The notes under the pieces are model-generated. The model worked only from the letters and a program-made list of their open reading frames with translations. It searched no databases and was not told where the DNA came from. Made by a program: the position numbers and the translations under genes. A DNA stretch of 32,000 nt from Caedibacter taeniospiralis (GTDB lineage: Bacteria > Pseudomonadota > Gammaproteobacteria > Francisellales > Francisellaceae), in contig NZ_PGGB02000010.1 in NCBI RefSeq assembly GCF_002803295.2, positions 13,457-45,456 of the forward strand, written 5' to 3'. Numbering within the stretch: position 1 is the stretch's first letter; each line of letters starts with the position of its first letter. Below, piece after piece: positions 19,757 to 29,285 of the stretch.

Positions 19757-19856
19757 ACTTATATTTCAGAGTCTGTAAGATATTTGTACATAAATATAGC
19801 ATTCAGTTCAAGTTAAACTACAACTGATTTACCCATAAATCGCGAATGCGCCCAGT

Positions 19857-21621
19857 TTACGCATTACATCGCATGGTTCCTGAACCTTCTGCAGCCTTGC
19901 TGCCTTGAGAAATCGGGATTTCCAGTTGAGCAGATGGTTCAAGGTTGAGCAGGTAATATAATTTTTTAAGATGCTGTCGATATAGTTTGTCAAAGTCCTT
20001 TACACTCTCAGATGGATTATAATCTCCAAACCACCAGAACCAATCTGAACCCTCACAAATCGCGAGCTGCTTAGTGACCTGTTTAATCTGTTCTGTCGCT
20101 AATTTGCCTGATGCAATAACCTGGTCATAAGCATATTTAGCTTCAACCAATAAATCCCAGGCATGATTTTTCTCTTTCAAGCCAATCCATGTCGAGAAGG
20201 AGCCATAAACCCAGCTGCCTGCGTTTAGGCGAGATAGCTCCAACACGGAAAGTGATTGCTTCAGTGCATCAGAGAAAGTTGTCATCGCTATGTGTGGATG
20301 ATTTGAGAGTTTTTTGTATAACAGGGGTAAAAAGGTGACTGCCATTATCAGGATAATACTCCCAGGCATTTTCACCATCTAAAATCACTGGAACAACATG
20401 TTCGCATGCACTATCTCCAAATTGTGTACGAATATTTTCCAGGTTCTGAATAAAATGATCGACGGCATTTTCAGGATCCCAGTTTTTATACTGAAAACCA
20501 ATTAAATCGGACAACCCATCGTCTCGAAAAAAAATGCGACAAACCTTTCCCTGAATACTCACGGGCTGGAAAAGTAGTTGTTTACTTGACACACTCTCAG
20601 GTTCTATGTGTGAAATTTTGCAGGAATTACGCCAAACACTTTCACCCGTCGCGGTCCATTGAATATTAAAAGTATCAAGTAAATTTAAAGCATCACTGCT
20701 AAGCGCCCCCTCAGATAGCCAGACTCCTCGTGGAGCACAATCAAAGTGCTGCTTAAAAATTTCTATACCGTGCGCCATGTGCCAGCTTGAACGTTCGTAA
20801 CCTCCTGGATATTTTTCATACTTAGGCAAAGGAGCGTCAGGTTGTGAGTCTTGCATAGCACGAAAATCAATTAACAGCGGAAAGATGGGATGACCATAGG
20901 GAGTCATTGATATTTCGATTTGTCCTTGATCCTGCAATTGTTTATAACGTGGGATAATTTGTTCAATACTATCGACCATAATTTCAACCAGTAAACGCTG
21001 ATCTGCCGCTGAAAAATTCCTTCCCTTACGCATTAATTGCTTAATTCTATCGTCAGTTTTTCGCAAACTGGATCCAGTCCATGCAATGTGATACCAAATG
21101 AGCATATCGATATAAAACTGACCATTGAGATACTCATGGATTCGGTTTGACGGACTGTTTTGTGTTAAATAATAATTTGCAATTTCGTGTAGCGCTTTAA
21201 AATCTGGCAACGTTTCAATCATAGTTGGAGCATTGGCCCTTCTACACACGGCAATGATGCCAGATTTTTGCTCAGCAGTATCTGGAATAGGCGTGGCGCC
21301 AGAAACCAGATTCAACAAAGGATCATTCATTGCTTTTCCAGTTTTTAGCCACTGGCGCATCATAGCTGCATATTCTTCCAACTGTTCAAGCAGCACAGGG
21401 GTGTAATTGACCACTACCTGGCTATCTGGATTTTCCTCTAAAAAAGCAGCCATATCCGTATAATCTTTTATGGCATGCAAATACACCCACGGTAAATGAT
21501 ATTCACCATCCAAACCATCTTTGTAATGTGGCTGGTGCATATGCCAACATAAAACCAGCTTTAACTTATTATCTTTCATGTTAATTATTTTCCAAAGCAG
21601 AAATGTCAATTTTACGACCAC
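19857..21621 (-). pseudogene. Glycoside hydrolase family 57 protein, split by an apparent frameshift near 20329-20337
   Basis: Upstream ORF (20269-21621) begins LVLCWHMHQPHYKDGLDGEYHLPWVYLHAIKDYTDMA and contains VPVILDGENAWEYYPDNG. Downstream ORF (19857-20378) continues in another frame with FLPLLYKKLSNHPHIAMTTFSDALKQ...AGSWVYGSFSTWIGLKEKNHAWDLLVEAK, the expected GH57 continuation. Confidence 0.82.
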
Positions 21622-21630
21622 GATAGAGAG

Positions 21631-21724
21631 TAATGGCGCTAAGTTAAGCTGTTTTTAGGACTACCCCGTCTGACCACTCCAAAGTGGTCAGACGGGGTAG
21701 TTGTTACTTAACTTAGTGCCATTA
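21631..21724. repeat. Palindromic MITE-like element, short form, with perfect 18-bp inner hairpin
   Basis: Outer inverted repeats TAATGGCGCTAAGTTAAG (from 21631) and CTTAACTTAGTGCCATTA (ending 21724), one mismatch. Inner hairpin CTACCCCGTCTGACCACT-CCAA-AGTGGTCAGACGGGGTAG at 21661-21700. Confidence 0.87.
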
Positions 21725-21733
21725 GTCTTAACC

Positions 21734-23059
21734 TTAAACTTCATAAACAACGTGCTGATTAACCACATTTGGTGCTCCCTTTTCAACACCCTGGTCAAGC
21801 ATTTCAGCTGTGACAAGTGTAATTCCATGGTCATCAACAAAGAAACGTTTGGCGTCTTCTTCGTGATTTTCCCCAATAACAGTACCATCTGGGATTTTAA
21901 CACCTTTATCAATAACCGCTTTGGTGATACGGCAATATCGTCCAATTTCAACATTTGGGAGGATGACACTGTCCTTAATAAAAGAGCAACTACGCAACTT
22001 GCACCCGCTAAAAACGACCGAGCGCTTCACCTTTGAGCCAGACAAAATACACCCTGAAGAAATCAAAGAATCAATCGCTACCCCTCGGCGATTTTCTTCA
22101 TCAAAAATAAATTTAGCAGGCGGCAACTGTGACTGATATGTCCATATCGGCCAATCATAATCGTATAGATTTAGCTCAGGTTCAACAGAGCAAAGTTCCA
22201 TATTCGTTTTCCAGTAGGATTCGACCGTGCCTACATCTCTCCAATAGGCTGGTTTCCCATTTTGCTCATTGATAAATGGATAGGCTGAAATTTTTGAATT
22301 ACCAATACTCGAAGGAATAATATCCTTGCCAAAATCCCTTGAGGAAGTGGGGGTATTATTATCTTCAATTAGTTTATCAATTAAGTATTGCTTGGAAAAA
22401 ACATAAATCCCCATGGATGCCAAAGCCATATCAGGTTTGCCAGGAAGGGCTTGAGGATCAGCAGGTTTCTCAATAAATTGAGTAATACAGCCCTTTTCAT
22501 CCACAGACATCACTCCAAAAGCGGTTGCATCCTTTAGTGGGACTTCGATACATCCGACGGTAATATCAGAATTTGAGTCAACATGTGCCTGAACCATTTT
22601 TTCATAATCCATTTTATAAATATGGTACCCGCCTAAAATGAGGATATATTCAGTATAACGTCTTTCAATAATATCTATGTTTTGATAAAGTGCATCAGCG
22701 GTACCTTTATACCAGTCTTTGTTCACTCTTTGCTGAGCAGGCAGAATCTCTACAAACTCACCTGCTTCATAACGTAAAAACCCCCACGCTCTTTGCAGGT
22801 GCCTGATAAGCGAATGCGACTTATATTGTGTCAATACCAACACTTTACGTATATCTGAGTTAATGCAGTTAGATAAAGCAAAATCAATAATCCGATATTT
22901 CCCCCCAAATGGGACAGCTGGCTTCGCCCGCCATTTTGTTAAATCTTTTAATCTATTCCCCTCTCCGCCAGCTAAAACAATTGCCAGAACTTTTCTACTT
23001 AAACGCGCAGCTGTGTTTGACATACTAACTACCTTAATGCTTGATTTTTCATCTTCCAC
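21734..23059 (-). CDS. glgC: Glucose-1-phosphate adenylyltransferase
   Basis: 441 aa; VLAIVLAGGEGNRLKDLTKWRAKPAVPFGGKYRIIDFALSNCINSDIRKV, WYKGTADALYQNIDII, C-terminal beta-helix. Confidence 0.94.
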   Translation of the reverse strand: MEDEKSSIKVVSMSNTAARLSRKVLAIVLAGGEGNRLKDLTKWRAKPAVPFGGKYRIIDFALSNCINSDIRKVLVLTQYKSHSLIRHLQRAWGFLRYEAGEFVEILPAQQRVNKDWYKGTADALYQNIDIIERRYTEYILILGGYHIYKMDYEKMVQAHVDSNSDITVGCIEVPLKDATAFGVMSVDEKGCITQFIEKPADPQALPGKPDMALASMGIYVFSKQYLIDKLIEDNNTPTSSRDFGKDIIPSSIGNSKISAYPFINEQNGKPAYWRDVGTVESYWKTNMELCSVEPELNLYDYDWPIWTYQSQLPPAKFIFDEENRRGVAIDSLISSGCILSGSKVKRSVVFSGCKLRSCSFIKDSVILPNVEIGRYCRITKAVIDKGVKIPDGTVIGENHEEDAKRFFVDDHGITLVTAEMLDQGVEKGAPNVVNQHVVYEV

Positions 23060-23189
23060 CTAAGCCTCAGCTGCCTGTAAGTCCTTTTTCATACGGTATA
23101 AAACTTGCCAAATTAAGTAGTCTGAAGCTATTTTTTTTTGATGCCAGCCCTATAATATTAAACTTATGCAACTAATCATATTGTTTTTT

Positions 23190-23780
23190 ATGAAAATTCA
23201 GATTATTTCAAACATTAGGGTCTATGACGGTTTTTTTAAGGTTAACCAAATAAAGTGCAAACACAGCCTGTATCAAGGAGGAAACAGTCCCGTGATTGAA
23301 AGAGAGCTACTGTGCCAGGGACAACAAGGTTGCGTGTTATTTTTATACGATTTAAAGAAGAAAACAGTCATTCTCATCGAACAGTGCCGAATTGGGGCAC
23401 TTGCCGATGAGGACGGCGATCATTGGTTAATTGAGCCCGTAGCAGGCAGAATTGAGCCAAATGAGTCGGCAGCTGAAACATGTATTCGAGAAGCAAAGGA
23501 AGAGGCAGGAATCTGTTTGGACATTCAAAATCTGGAATTTATTTATAAGTATTATCCAAGCCCTGGGGGATATGCGGAAGTACTTCATCTATATGCTGCG
23601 GAAGCCGATGCAGATCAATTTGGTGACTATGGCGGAATAATGAATGACATTGAAGATATTAAAATTTTGAAAATCCCCTTCGCGAAGGCTTATGAAGATT
23701 TAAAAGCCAAAAAATATAAAGTTGCAAGCACCTATATCGCATTGCAGTGGCTATTTTTATTCAAAATATCTCCTCAATAA
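23190..23780 (+). CDS. NUDIX hydrolase, ADP-ribose pyrophosphatase-like
   Basis: NUDIX box GRIEPNESAAETCIREAKEEAGI; likely start MKIQIISNIRVYDGFFK at 23190, although the ORF opens at 23166. Confidence 0.88.
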   Translation: MKIQIISNIRVYDGFFKVNQIKCKHSLYQGGNSPVIERELLCQGQQGCVLFLYDLKKKTVILIEQCRIGALADEDGDHWLIEPVAGRIEPNESAAETCIREAKEEAGICLDIQNLEFIYKYYPSPGGYAEVLHLYAAEADADQFGDYGGIMNDIEDIKILKIPFAKAYEDLKAKKYKVASTYIALQWLFLFKISPQ

Positions 23781-23938
23781 TTAGACACTTTATATCAGCT
23801 ATACCACTCGTAAATCATGTAATCATCTTGTTTCAAATTCAAATTAAAATTTCGCGGGGATTTACGTTCCCCTTATCCTGCTTTTCTGCTAGAATCGCGA
23901 CCAGTTTTGCTTTTAATAGACCCTGAAGGAATTTAATT

Positions 23939-24262
23939 ATGTCTCAATGTATTAACATCACTGATAGTGAATTTAAATCAGCCGTCCTTGATAGCACACA
24001 ACCCGTGCTTGTAGATTTTTGGGCGCCATGGTGCGGACCTTGCAAGATGATTGCCCCTGTTTTAGATCAAGTGGCTGAACACTATGGTCAAAAGCTTAAG
24101 GTCGTTAAAATTAACGTTGACGATAATCCAGAAATCCCTGCTAAATTCGGGGTGCGAGGTATTCCAACCTTAATGGTATTTAAAGATGGTGAAAACGTCG
24201 AAACCAAAGTAGGGGCCGTGCAAAAATCTCAGCTTATCCAAATCCTTGATAAGCATATTTAA
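23939..24262 (+). CDS. trxA: Thioredoxin
   Basis: 107 aa; PVLVDFWAPWCGPCKMIAPVLDQVAEHYG, IPTLMVFKDG; directly upstream of rho. Confidence 0.96.
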   Translation: MSQCINITDSEFKSAVLDSTQPVLVDFWAPWCGPCKMIAPVLDQVAEHYGQKLKVVKINVDDNPEIPAKFGVRGIPTLMVFKDGENVETKVGAVQKSQLIQILDKHI

Positions 24263-24324
24263 TTAATAATCATTTTGTCCAACCCGAAGGGGTTCCCCTT
24301 CTTCAACATTCGTGAGAATTTTCA

Positions 24325-25584
24325 ATGAATTTAACCGATTTAAAAAACCGATCCATCCCTGAATTAATGGAGCTTTCGCACTCACTTGGTCTTGAAGCCA
24401 CGGGGCGTGCCCGTAAACAAGAAATCATTTTCAATATCTTAAAAGAACACGCCGATAAGGGCGAAGATATTTATGGTGACGGCGTGCTTGAAGTCTTACA
24501 GGATGGCTATGGTTTTTTGCGCTCATCTGACACCTCTTATTTTGCATCCCCTGATGATATTTACGTCTCCCCTACTTTCATTCGCAAGCTTAATTTGCGC
24601 ACGGGAGACAGCATCATCGGTAAAATTCGCCCCCCTAAAGACAATGAACGCTACTTCGCGGTAAAGCATATCGACAGTGTAAACTTCGACTCACCAGAGC
24701 TTGCTCGCACCAAAGTATTATTTGAAAACTTAACTCCCGAATATGCTAAAGAGCGTTTATCAATGGAGCTTGGTAATGGTTCAAGCGAAGATATTACCGC
24801 CCGCATTATCGACTTGGCAGCTCCTTTTGGCAAGGGTCAACGCGGTCTGATCGTCGCTCCTCCAAAAACGGGTAAAACGATTATGATGCAAAATATTGCA
24901 TCCTCAATCGCCAAAAAATACCCTGAATGCTATCTGATTGTCCTTTTGATTGATGAGCGCCCTGAAGAGGTAACTGAAATGCAGCGCTCTGTTCGTGGTG
25001 AGGTGGTTGCCAGCACCTTTGATGAACCTGCTGCGCGCCACGTGCAGTTGGCTGAAATTGTGATTGAAAAGGCAAAACGCCTGGTTGAGCATAAACAGGA
25101 TGTCGTTATTCTATTAGACTCGATTACACGTCTGGCACGTGCTTACAACACCGTCTCCCCCGCTTCAGGTCGTGTATTATCAGGAGGCGTTGAAGCCAAT
25201 GCCTTACAAAAGCCAAAGCGTTTCTTTGGGGCAGCACGTAACACCGCCGAAGGTGGTAGTCTAACTATTATCGCTACCGCATTGGTTGAAACTGGATCCA
25301 AAATGGATGAGGTGATCTTTGAAGAATTTAAAGGCACGGGTAATATGGAGCTTCATTTGGATCGCAAAATTGCTGAAAAACGCGTCTATCCTGCGATTAG
25401 TTTTGCACGTTCTGGAACGCGCCGCGAAGAATTACTGACCACCCAGGAAGAGCTGCAAAAACTCTGGATCTTGCGTAAGATTCTACATGAAATGGAAGAC
25501 ACACAAGCCATGGAGTTCCTCACCGAACGCTTAAAGAAAACCCAAACCAATGAAGAATTCTTCAACATTATGAAGCGAGGCTAA
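24325..25584 (+). CDS. rho: Transcription termination factor Rho
   Basis: 419 aa, [24 protein letters not shown]..., [42 protein letters not shown]. Confidence 0.98.
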   Translation: MNLTDLKNRSIPELMELSHSLGLEATGRARKQEIIFNILKEHADKGEDIYGDGVLEVLQDGYGFLRSSDTSYFASPDDIYVSPTFIRKLNLRTGDSIIGKIRPPKDNERYFAVKHIDSVNFDSPELARTKVLFENLTPEYAKERLSMELGNGSSEDITARIIDLAAPFGKGQRGLIVAPPKTGKTIMMQNIASSIAKKYPECYLIVLLIDERPEEVTEMQRSVRGEVVASTFDEPAARHVQLAEIVIEKAKRLVEHKQDVVILLDSITRLARAYNTVSPASGRVLSGGVEANALQKPKRFFGAARNTAEGGSLTIIATALVETGSKMDEVIFEEFKGTGNMELHLDRKIAEKRVYPAISFARSGTRREELLTTQEELQKLWILRKILHEMEDTQAMEFLTERLKKTQTNEEFFNIMKRG

Positions 25585-25662
25585 GATTCATTTGTAATCC
25601 TGCTGGTCAGCAGCAACCTTTTCTCGTAAACTGCGAGGACCCCACATTTAATCAATGGCACG

Positions 25663-27171
25663 ATGACTTTCGATTTACAGCATTACCAACATAAGCGCGG
25701 CATTGAACGCGAAAGCTTGCGCATCTTACACTCAGGGCGTCCTGCCACATCTGATCATCCTTTAGCGCTTGGCTCAAAGCTTACCAATAGCAATATCACG
25801 GTGGATTTTTCCGAAGGTCTCGTAGAACTGATCACTGAACCGTTCTATGATATTTCGAGCACGTTCTCACGTTTAACTCACATCTTAGGATTTTGCAGCC
25901 AAAACCTTGCTAAAGACGAGCTGTTACTTGCTACCAGCATGCCGTTAACTGCAACAGAAGATGAAATTAAGGTTGCCCATTTCGGAACCTCTAACTCTGG
26001 TAAAATGAAAGAGGTCTACCGTAGGGGATTAGCACAACGCTATGGCAAAATCATGCAGGCAATTTCAGGGGTACATTATAATTTTTCTTATGATGTCGAA
26101 TTGATAAATAGACTAAACCAGGAAAAGAATCTTAGCTCAGATGCACTTTATTTCTCGGCGATCAATCACTATTTCGACTTCATGTGGCTCATCCCCTACT
26201 TATTTGGAAGCTCACCCATTTGCGCAAAAACTTCAGTTAAACAAACACCTGAGTATCTTAAAACACTTAATGATGATTTCTATATTGCTGAATATGCCAC
26301 CAGTTTACGCATGAGTGGTCTTGGATATCAAAGTCCCGCGCAAAAAGATCTATACATCTCTTACGCAAGCCTTAAAGACTATGTTTATGATCTTATCAAC
26401 GCCACCAAAACCACTTATCCGCCATTTGAAAAAATTGGCTTATATGCTGATAACGGCTCACGGCAACAGCTTAGCACCAGCATTCTACAAATCGAGAATG
26501 AGTACTACAGCAGTATTCGTCCAAAACAAATTACCAAACGCTGCGAGCGTCCTGCTTGCGCCTTGTTAAATCGAGGAGTTGCCTACTTGGAGGTGCGCGT
26601 TGTTGATGTGAACCCCTTTGATCCTTTAGGCATAGATGAGACGACCGCCCATTTTATTGAGGCCTTATTACTCACCTGTTTGTTGCAACCTAAGAAGCAA
26701 TATCAACAAAGTGAAATTATGCGAAATAAAGCAAACTTTGCTAAAGTTGTGACCCATGGTCGCAAGCCTCGGCTTCAACTTAAGGATAATCAAGGCAAGG
26801 ATATATCACTGAAAGATTTTGGGGTTCTTCAGCTTGAGCTTATTGCCCATACTGCCCAATCCATGGGAGATAAATACTTTCAAGCGGTAATGCAACAATT
26901 TGAAAAACTGACCGATCCAGGCAAGACGCTTTCAGCTCAACTTATTGATCATGCTGGCAAAGATTATGCGCAAACAGTGCTTGAATTGTCACGCGAAAAT
27001 ACACAAGGCTTACAGAAGGTCGAGCTTAGCAAAGACAGCTACACAGGCTTTAGCCATCAGACCGCCCAATCTCTCGTTACACAACAGGCGCTTGAAGAAA
27101 GCGATTGTTGTGATTTGGAAAGTTATATCGATCACTATTATCTATCGGCTAATTGTTCAAATCAAAAATAA
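25663..27171 (+). CDS. gshA: Glutamate--cysteine ligase (gammaproteobacterial GshA type)
   Basis: 502 aa; GIERESLRI, SNITVDFSEGLVELITEP, ALLNRGVAYLEVRVVDVNPFDPLGI. Confidence 0.93.
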   Translation: MTFDLQHYQHKRGIERESLRILHSGRPATSDHPLALGSKLTNSNITVDFSEGLVELITEPFYDISSTFSRLTHILGFCSQNLAKDELLLATSMPLTATEDEIKVAHFGTSNSGKMKEVYRRGLAQRYGKIMQAISGVHYNFSYDVELINRLNQEKNLSSDALYFSAINHYFDFMWLIPYLFGSSPICAKTSVKQTPEYLKTLNDDFYIAEYATSLRMSGLGYQSPAQKDLYISYASLKDYVYDLINATKTTYPPFEKIGLYADNGSRQQLSTSILQIENEYYSSIRPKQITKRCERPACALLNRGVAYLEVRVVDVNPFDPLGIDETTAHFIEALLLTCLLQPKKQYQQSEIMRNKANFAKVVTHGRKPRLQLKDNQGKDISLKDFGVLQLELIAHTAQSMGDKYFQAVMQQFEKLTDPGKTLSAQLIDHAGKDYAQTVLELSRENTQGLQKVELSKDSYTGFSHQTAQSLVTQQALEESDCCDLESYIDHYYLSANCSNQK

Positions 27172-27210
27172 ATACCATAAAAAAATTGTCGTTGATTGTA
27201 TGTCACTCAG

Positions 27211-27236
27211 AAGAGGCGTATTCAATACGCCCCTAC
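27211..27236. repeat. Short copy of the GCGTATT(G/C)AATACGCCCCTACG intergenic repeat
   Basis: AGAGGCGTATTCAATACGCCCCTACG; reverse complement matches GTAGGGGCGTATTGCATACGCC at 16206-16227. Confidence 0.55.
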
Positions 27237-27276
27237 GTTTATCCAAATAAATGAGTCGAAAGCCAAACAATTACTT

Positions 27277-28977
27277 TCATAAAAGCTTAATTGCCCGGCG
27301 ATTCAACAGCAGCGACTGACTGCAAGGGGTGCTTTCTATTTGTAAATAAGGATTGCCACTTAACATAGCATAAAACAAGCCCTGTTCATCTGCTGTCAAA
27401 GACTCATCCAGATGAAATTCTGCTAAGCGCTGAAATTGCGACATTAATTGTAACGGATTATGCCCATAGTGGCATAACAGTGCGTGATAGTCTTCTGCCT
27501 GCTCAACGCTGATTACACAATCATCCTCCGTGCTAAGATCGATTTCAACCGCCGTTGTACGTCCGATAATATTATGTTTGCTACTGAGCATATCCTGGTA
27601 AGCGCCAACAAACATAAATGCCAGATCATTGATTTCAGTGCATGGGATGCGCACGTAATCATCCCCTGTCTTGTCTTTGAAAACCCCATCGGCATCGCAG
27701 GAAATATCAAACAACTGACAATCAATAGTTTTCTCTTCTGAATAATGGGTGACAGGCAATAAGGGGAAATGCTGACCAATTCCCCAATGATCTGGCAGTG
27801 ATTGGAACAGGGAGAAATTAAGCCATAATTTATAAGATTTTTGATCATCCAGATAGCTCACACTCGTGCTTTCCACCAAATCTGCCAAATTAATTTCCCC
27901 ATTTAACCAGCAAGCCTGCAATGACTCGTCATAACTGGTTTGCACGGTGATATTCCGTTCTGCTGTTTGATATAACGGCGATACAATGAGCACACTTGAC
28001 ATAGCCGTCACTGCGCGCCCTGATTCTGTCATGATCACAGGATGAGGTAACTTCAATAAATCCAGATGATAGCTAAAGCTTTTGATAATCGTTTCAGCAT
28101 AATAGGATAGCTGGAATCTTGGATTCTCTGTTTCCTCATAATCAATACCCAATCCGCCCCCTAAGTCAATCATAGTCAAGTTGGGGCAATCATTTAGCAA
28201 ATTACCATACAGGCAAACCATCATATTTATGTGCCTTTCTACCTGATGTAGACTCTTAAGCTGTGAGCCAATATGACCGTGTAGCAGAACAACCCGATCT
28301 GCTAGCGCCAAGTCTTTGAGTGCGCCGCTAGCATCATAAATATCTCTTAAACTTAAGCCAAATTTTACACTGTGTAGATCATCATGAAATGGTTTAGTTC
28401 TAAATCCCAGACCAACATAAATTTCTGCTTCCTGGCTTAATTCCTTAATCACTTGAAGCTCATCAATGTGCTCAAGTACCATAATCACCTCAAAGCCAAG
28501 TTTTGCAGCCAGGTTTGCCAGTTGATAAAATGCTTTATCTTTAAAACCATTGCAAATAATTCTATTGCGTGGCGCTGTCAGAGATAACACGCTCAAAAGT
28601 TCTGATTTACTACCAACTTCAAAATTAAACACTAAATCATGTCGATCGGCACATTCTTTGAGTGCACGCATAACACTGGCATTGGGATTTACTTTAATCG
28701 GATAGGCTAATTGATACGCTCCTTGATAGCGATAGTCCTCAATTGCTTTAGCAAAGCTTTGATACAGACATAACATTCTATCTTGGGTAATGTGTTTAAA
28801 ATTAAGCACACATGGTTTATTGCCGCCTTGTTTTGCTACCTCATCTACAATCTTCGCCAAAGGCATTGACTGAGTAAAACTTTGCCCGTAATGAACACAT
28901 AACTGTTGATCATGGTCATAGCTAAAGTAGGGTTGGAAAGTGTTACGCGCATTAAATGAAAATACATTGTTTTCCAT
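27277..28977 (-). CDS. speA: Biosynthetic (SpeA-type) arginine decarboxylase-like protein
   Basis: 566 aa, fold-III PLP decarboxylase features: QLAYPIKVNPNASVMRAL, FNFEVGSKSELL, ICNGFKD, GLGFRTKP, LLHGHIGSQL, LGGGLGIDYE; GAAGGAG ribosome-binding site upstream. Confidence 0.87.
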   Translation of the reverse strand: MENNVFSFNARNTFQPYFSYDHDQQLCVHYGQSFTQSMPLAKIVDEVAKQGGNKPCVLNFKHITQDRMLCLYQSFAKAIEDYRYQGAYQLAYPIKVNPNASVMRALKECADRHDLVFNFEVGSKSELLSVLSLTAPRNRIICNGFKDKAFYQLANLAAKLGFEVIMVLEHIDELQVIKELSQEAEIYVGLGFRTKPFHDDLHSVKFGLSLRDIYDASGALKDLALADRVVLLHGHIGSQLKSLHQVERHINMMVCLYGNLLNDCPNLTMIDLGGGLGIDYEETENPRFQLSYYAETIIKSFSYHLDLLKLPHPVIMTESGRAVTAMSSVLIVSPLYQTAERNITVQTSYDESLQACWLNGEINLADLVESTSVSYLDDQKSYKLWLNFSLFQSLPDHWGIGQHFPLLPVTHYSEEKTIDCQLFDISCDADGVFKDKTGDDYVRIPCTEINDLAFMFVGAYQDMLSSKHNIIGRTTAVEIDLSTEDDCVISVEQAEDYHALLCHYGHNPLQLMSQFQRLAEFHLDESLTADEQGLFYAMLSGNPYLQIESTPCSQSLLLNRRAIKLL

Positions 28978-29016
28978 AGAAATTCTCCTTCTATGAAAGG
29001 CACCTTACACTTGACG

Positions 29017-29238
29017 TTAAAGTCCAGGTTGCCATATTAACGGGGCTACATCGCAAGATTGCGCTTGCAATGCCTCTAAGCGTACAAACACACCAATGTG
29101 CATTCTGGCGTATAATTGCATTTGTTTTTTTAAAGCGGTATTGACAATATCTTCACCTATTGTGATTTTGTCAAAACCTTTAAAGCGATCTGGGAAGTAG
29201 CCCAAAATCCCGCATAAAGTAACAGCAACTTTGGTCAC
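29017..29238 (-). CDS. Small hypothetical ORF between permease and arginine decarboxylase (weakly supported)
   Basis: 73 codons, MTKVAVTLCGILGYFPDRFKGFDKITIGEDIVNTALKKQMQLYARMHIGVFVRLEALQAQSCDVAPLIWQPGL; GTG start with no clear ribosome-binding site. Confidence 0.2.
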   Translation of the reverse strand: MTKVAVTLCGILGYFPDRFKGFDKITIGEDIVNTALKKQMQLYARMHIGVFVRLEALQAQSCDVAPLIWQPGL

Positions 29239-29285
29239 TGTAAATAAAATTTTCTATCAAAAAAATAAAAAAACAGTTACACCAG

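Noticed and set aside
21661-21700. Perfect hairpin as a Rho-independent terminator
   Set aside because: No U-tract follows on either strand, and the hairpin sits within outer inverted repeats shared with other elements; treated as part of the mobile-like repeat.
24286-24301. GAAGGGG-TT-CCCCTTC inverted repeat between trxA and rho as a terminator
   Set aside because: No T-run after the stem and a 2-nt loop; insufficient evidence for a terminator, though a structured rho leader remains possible.
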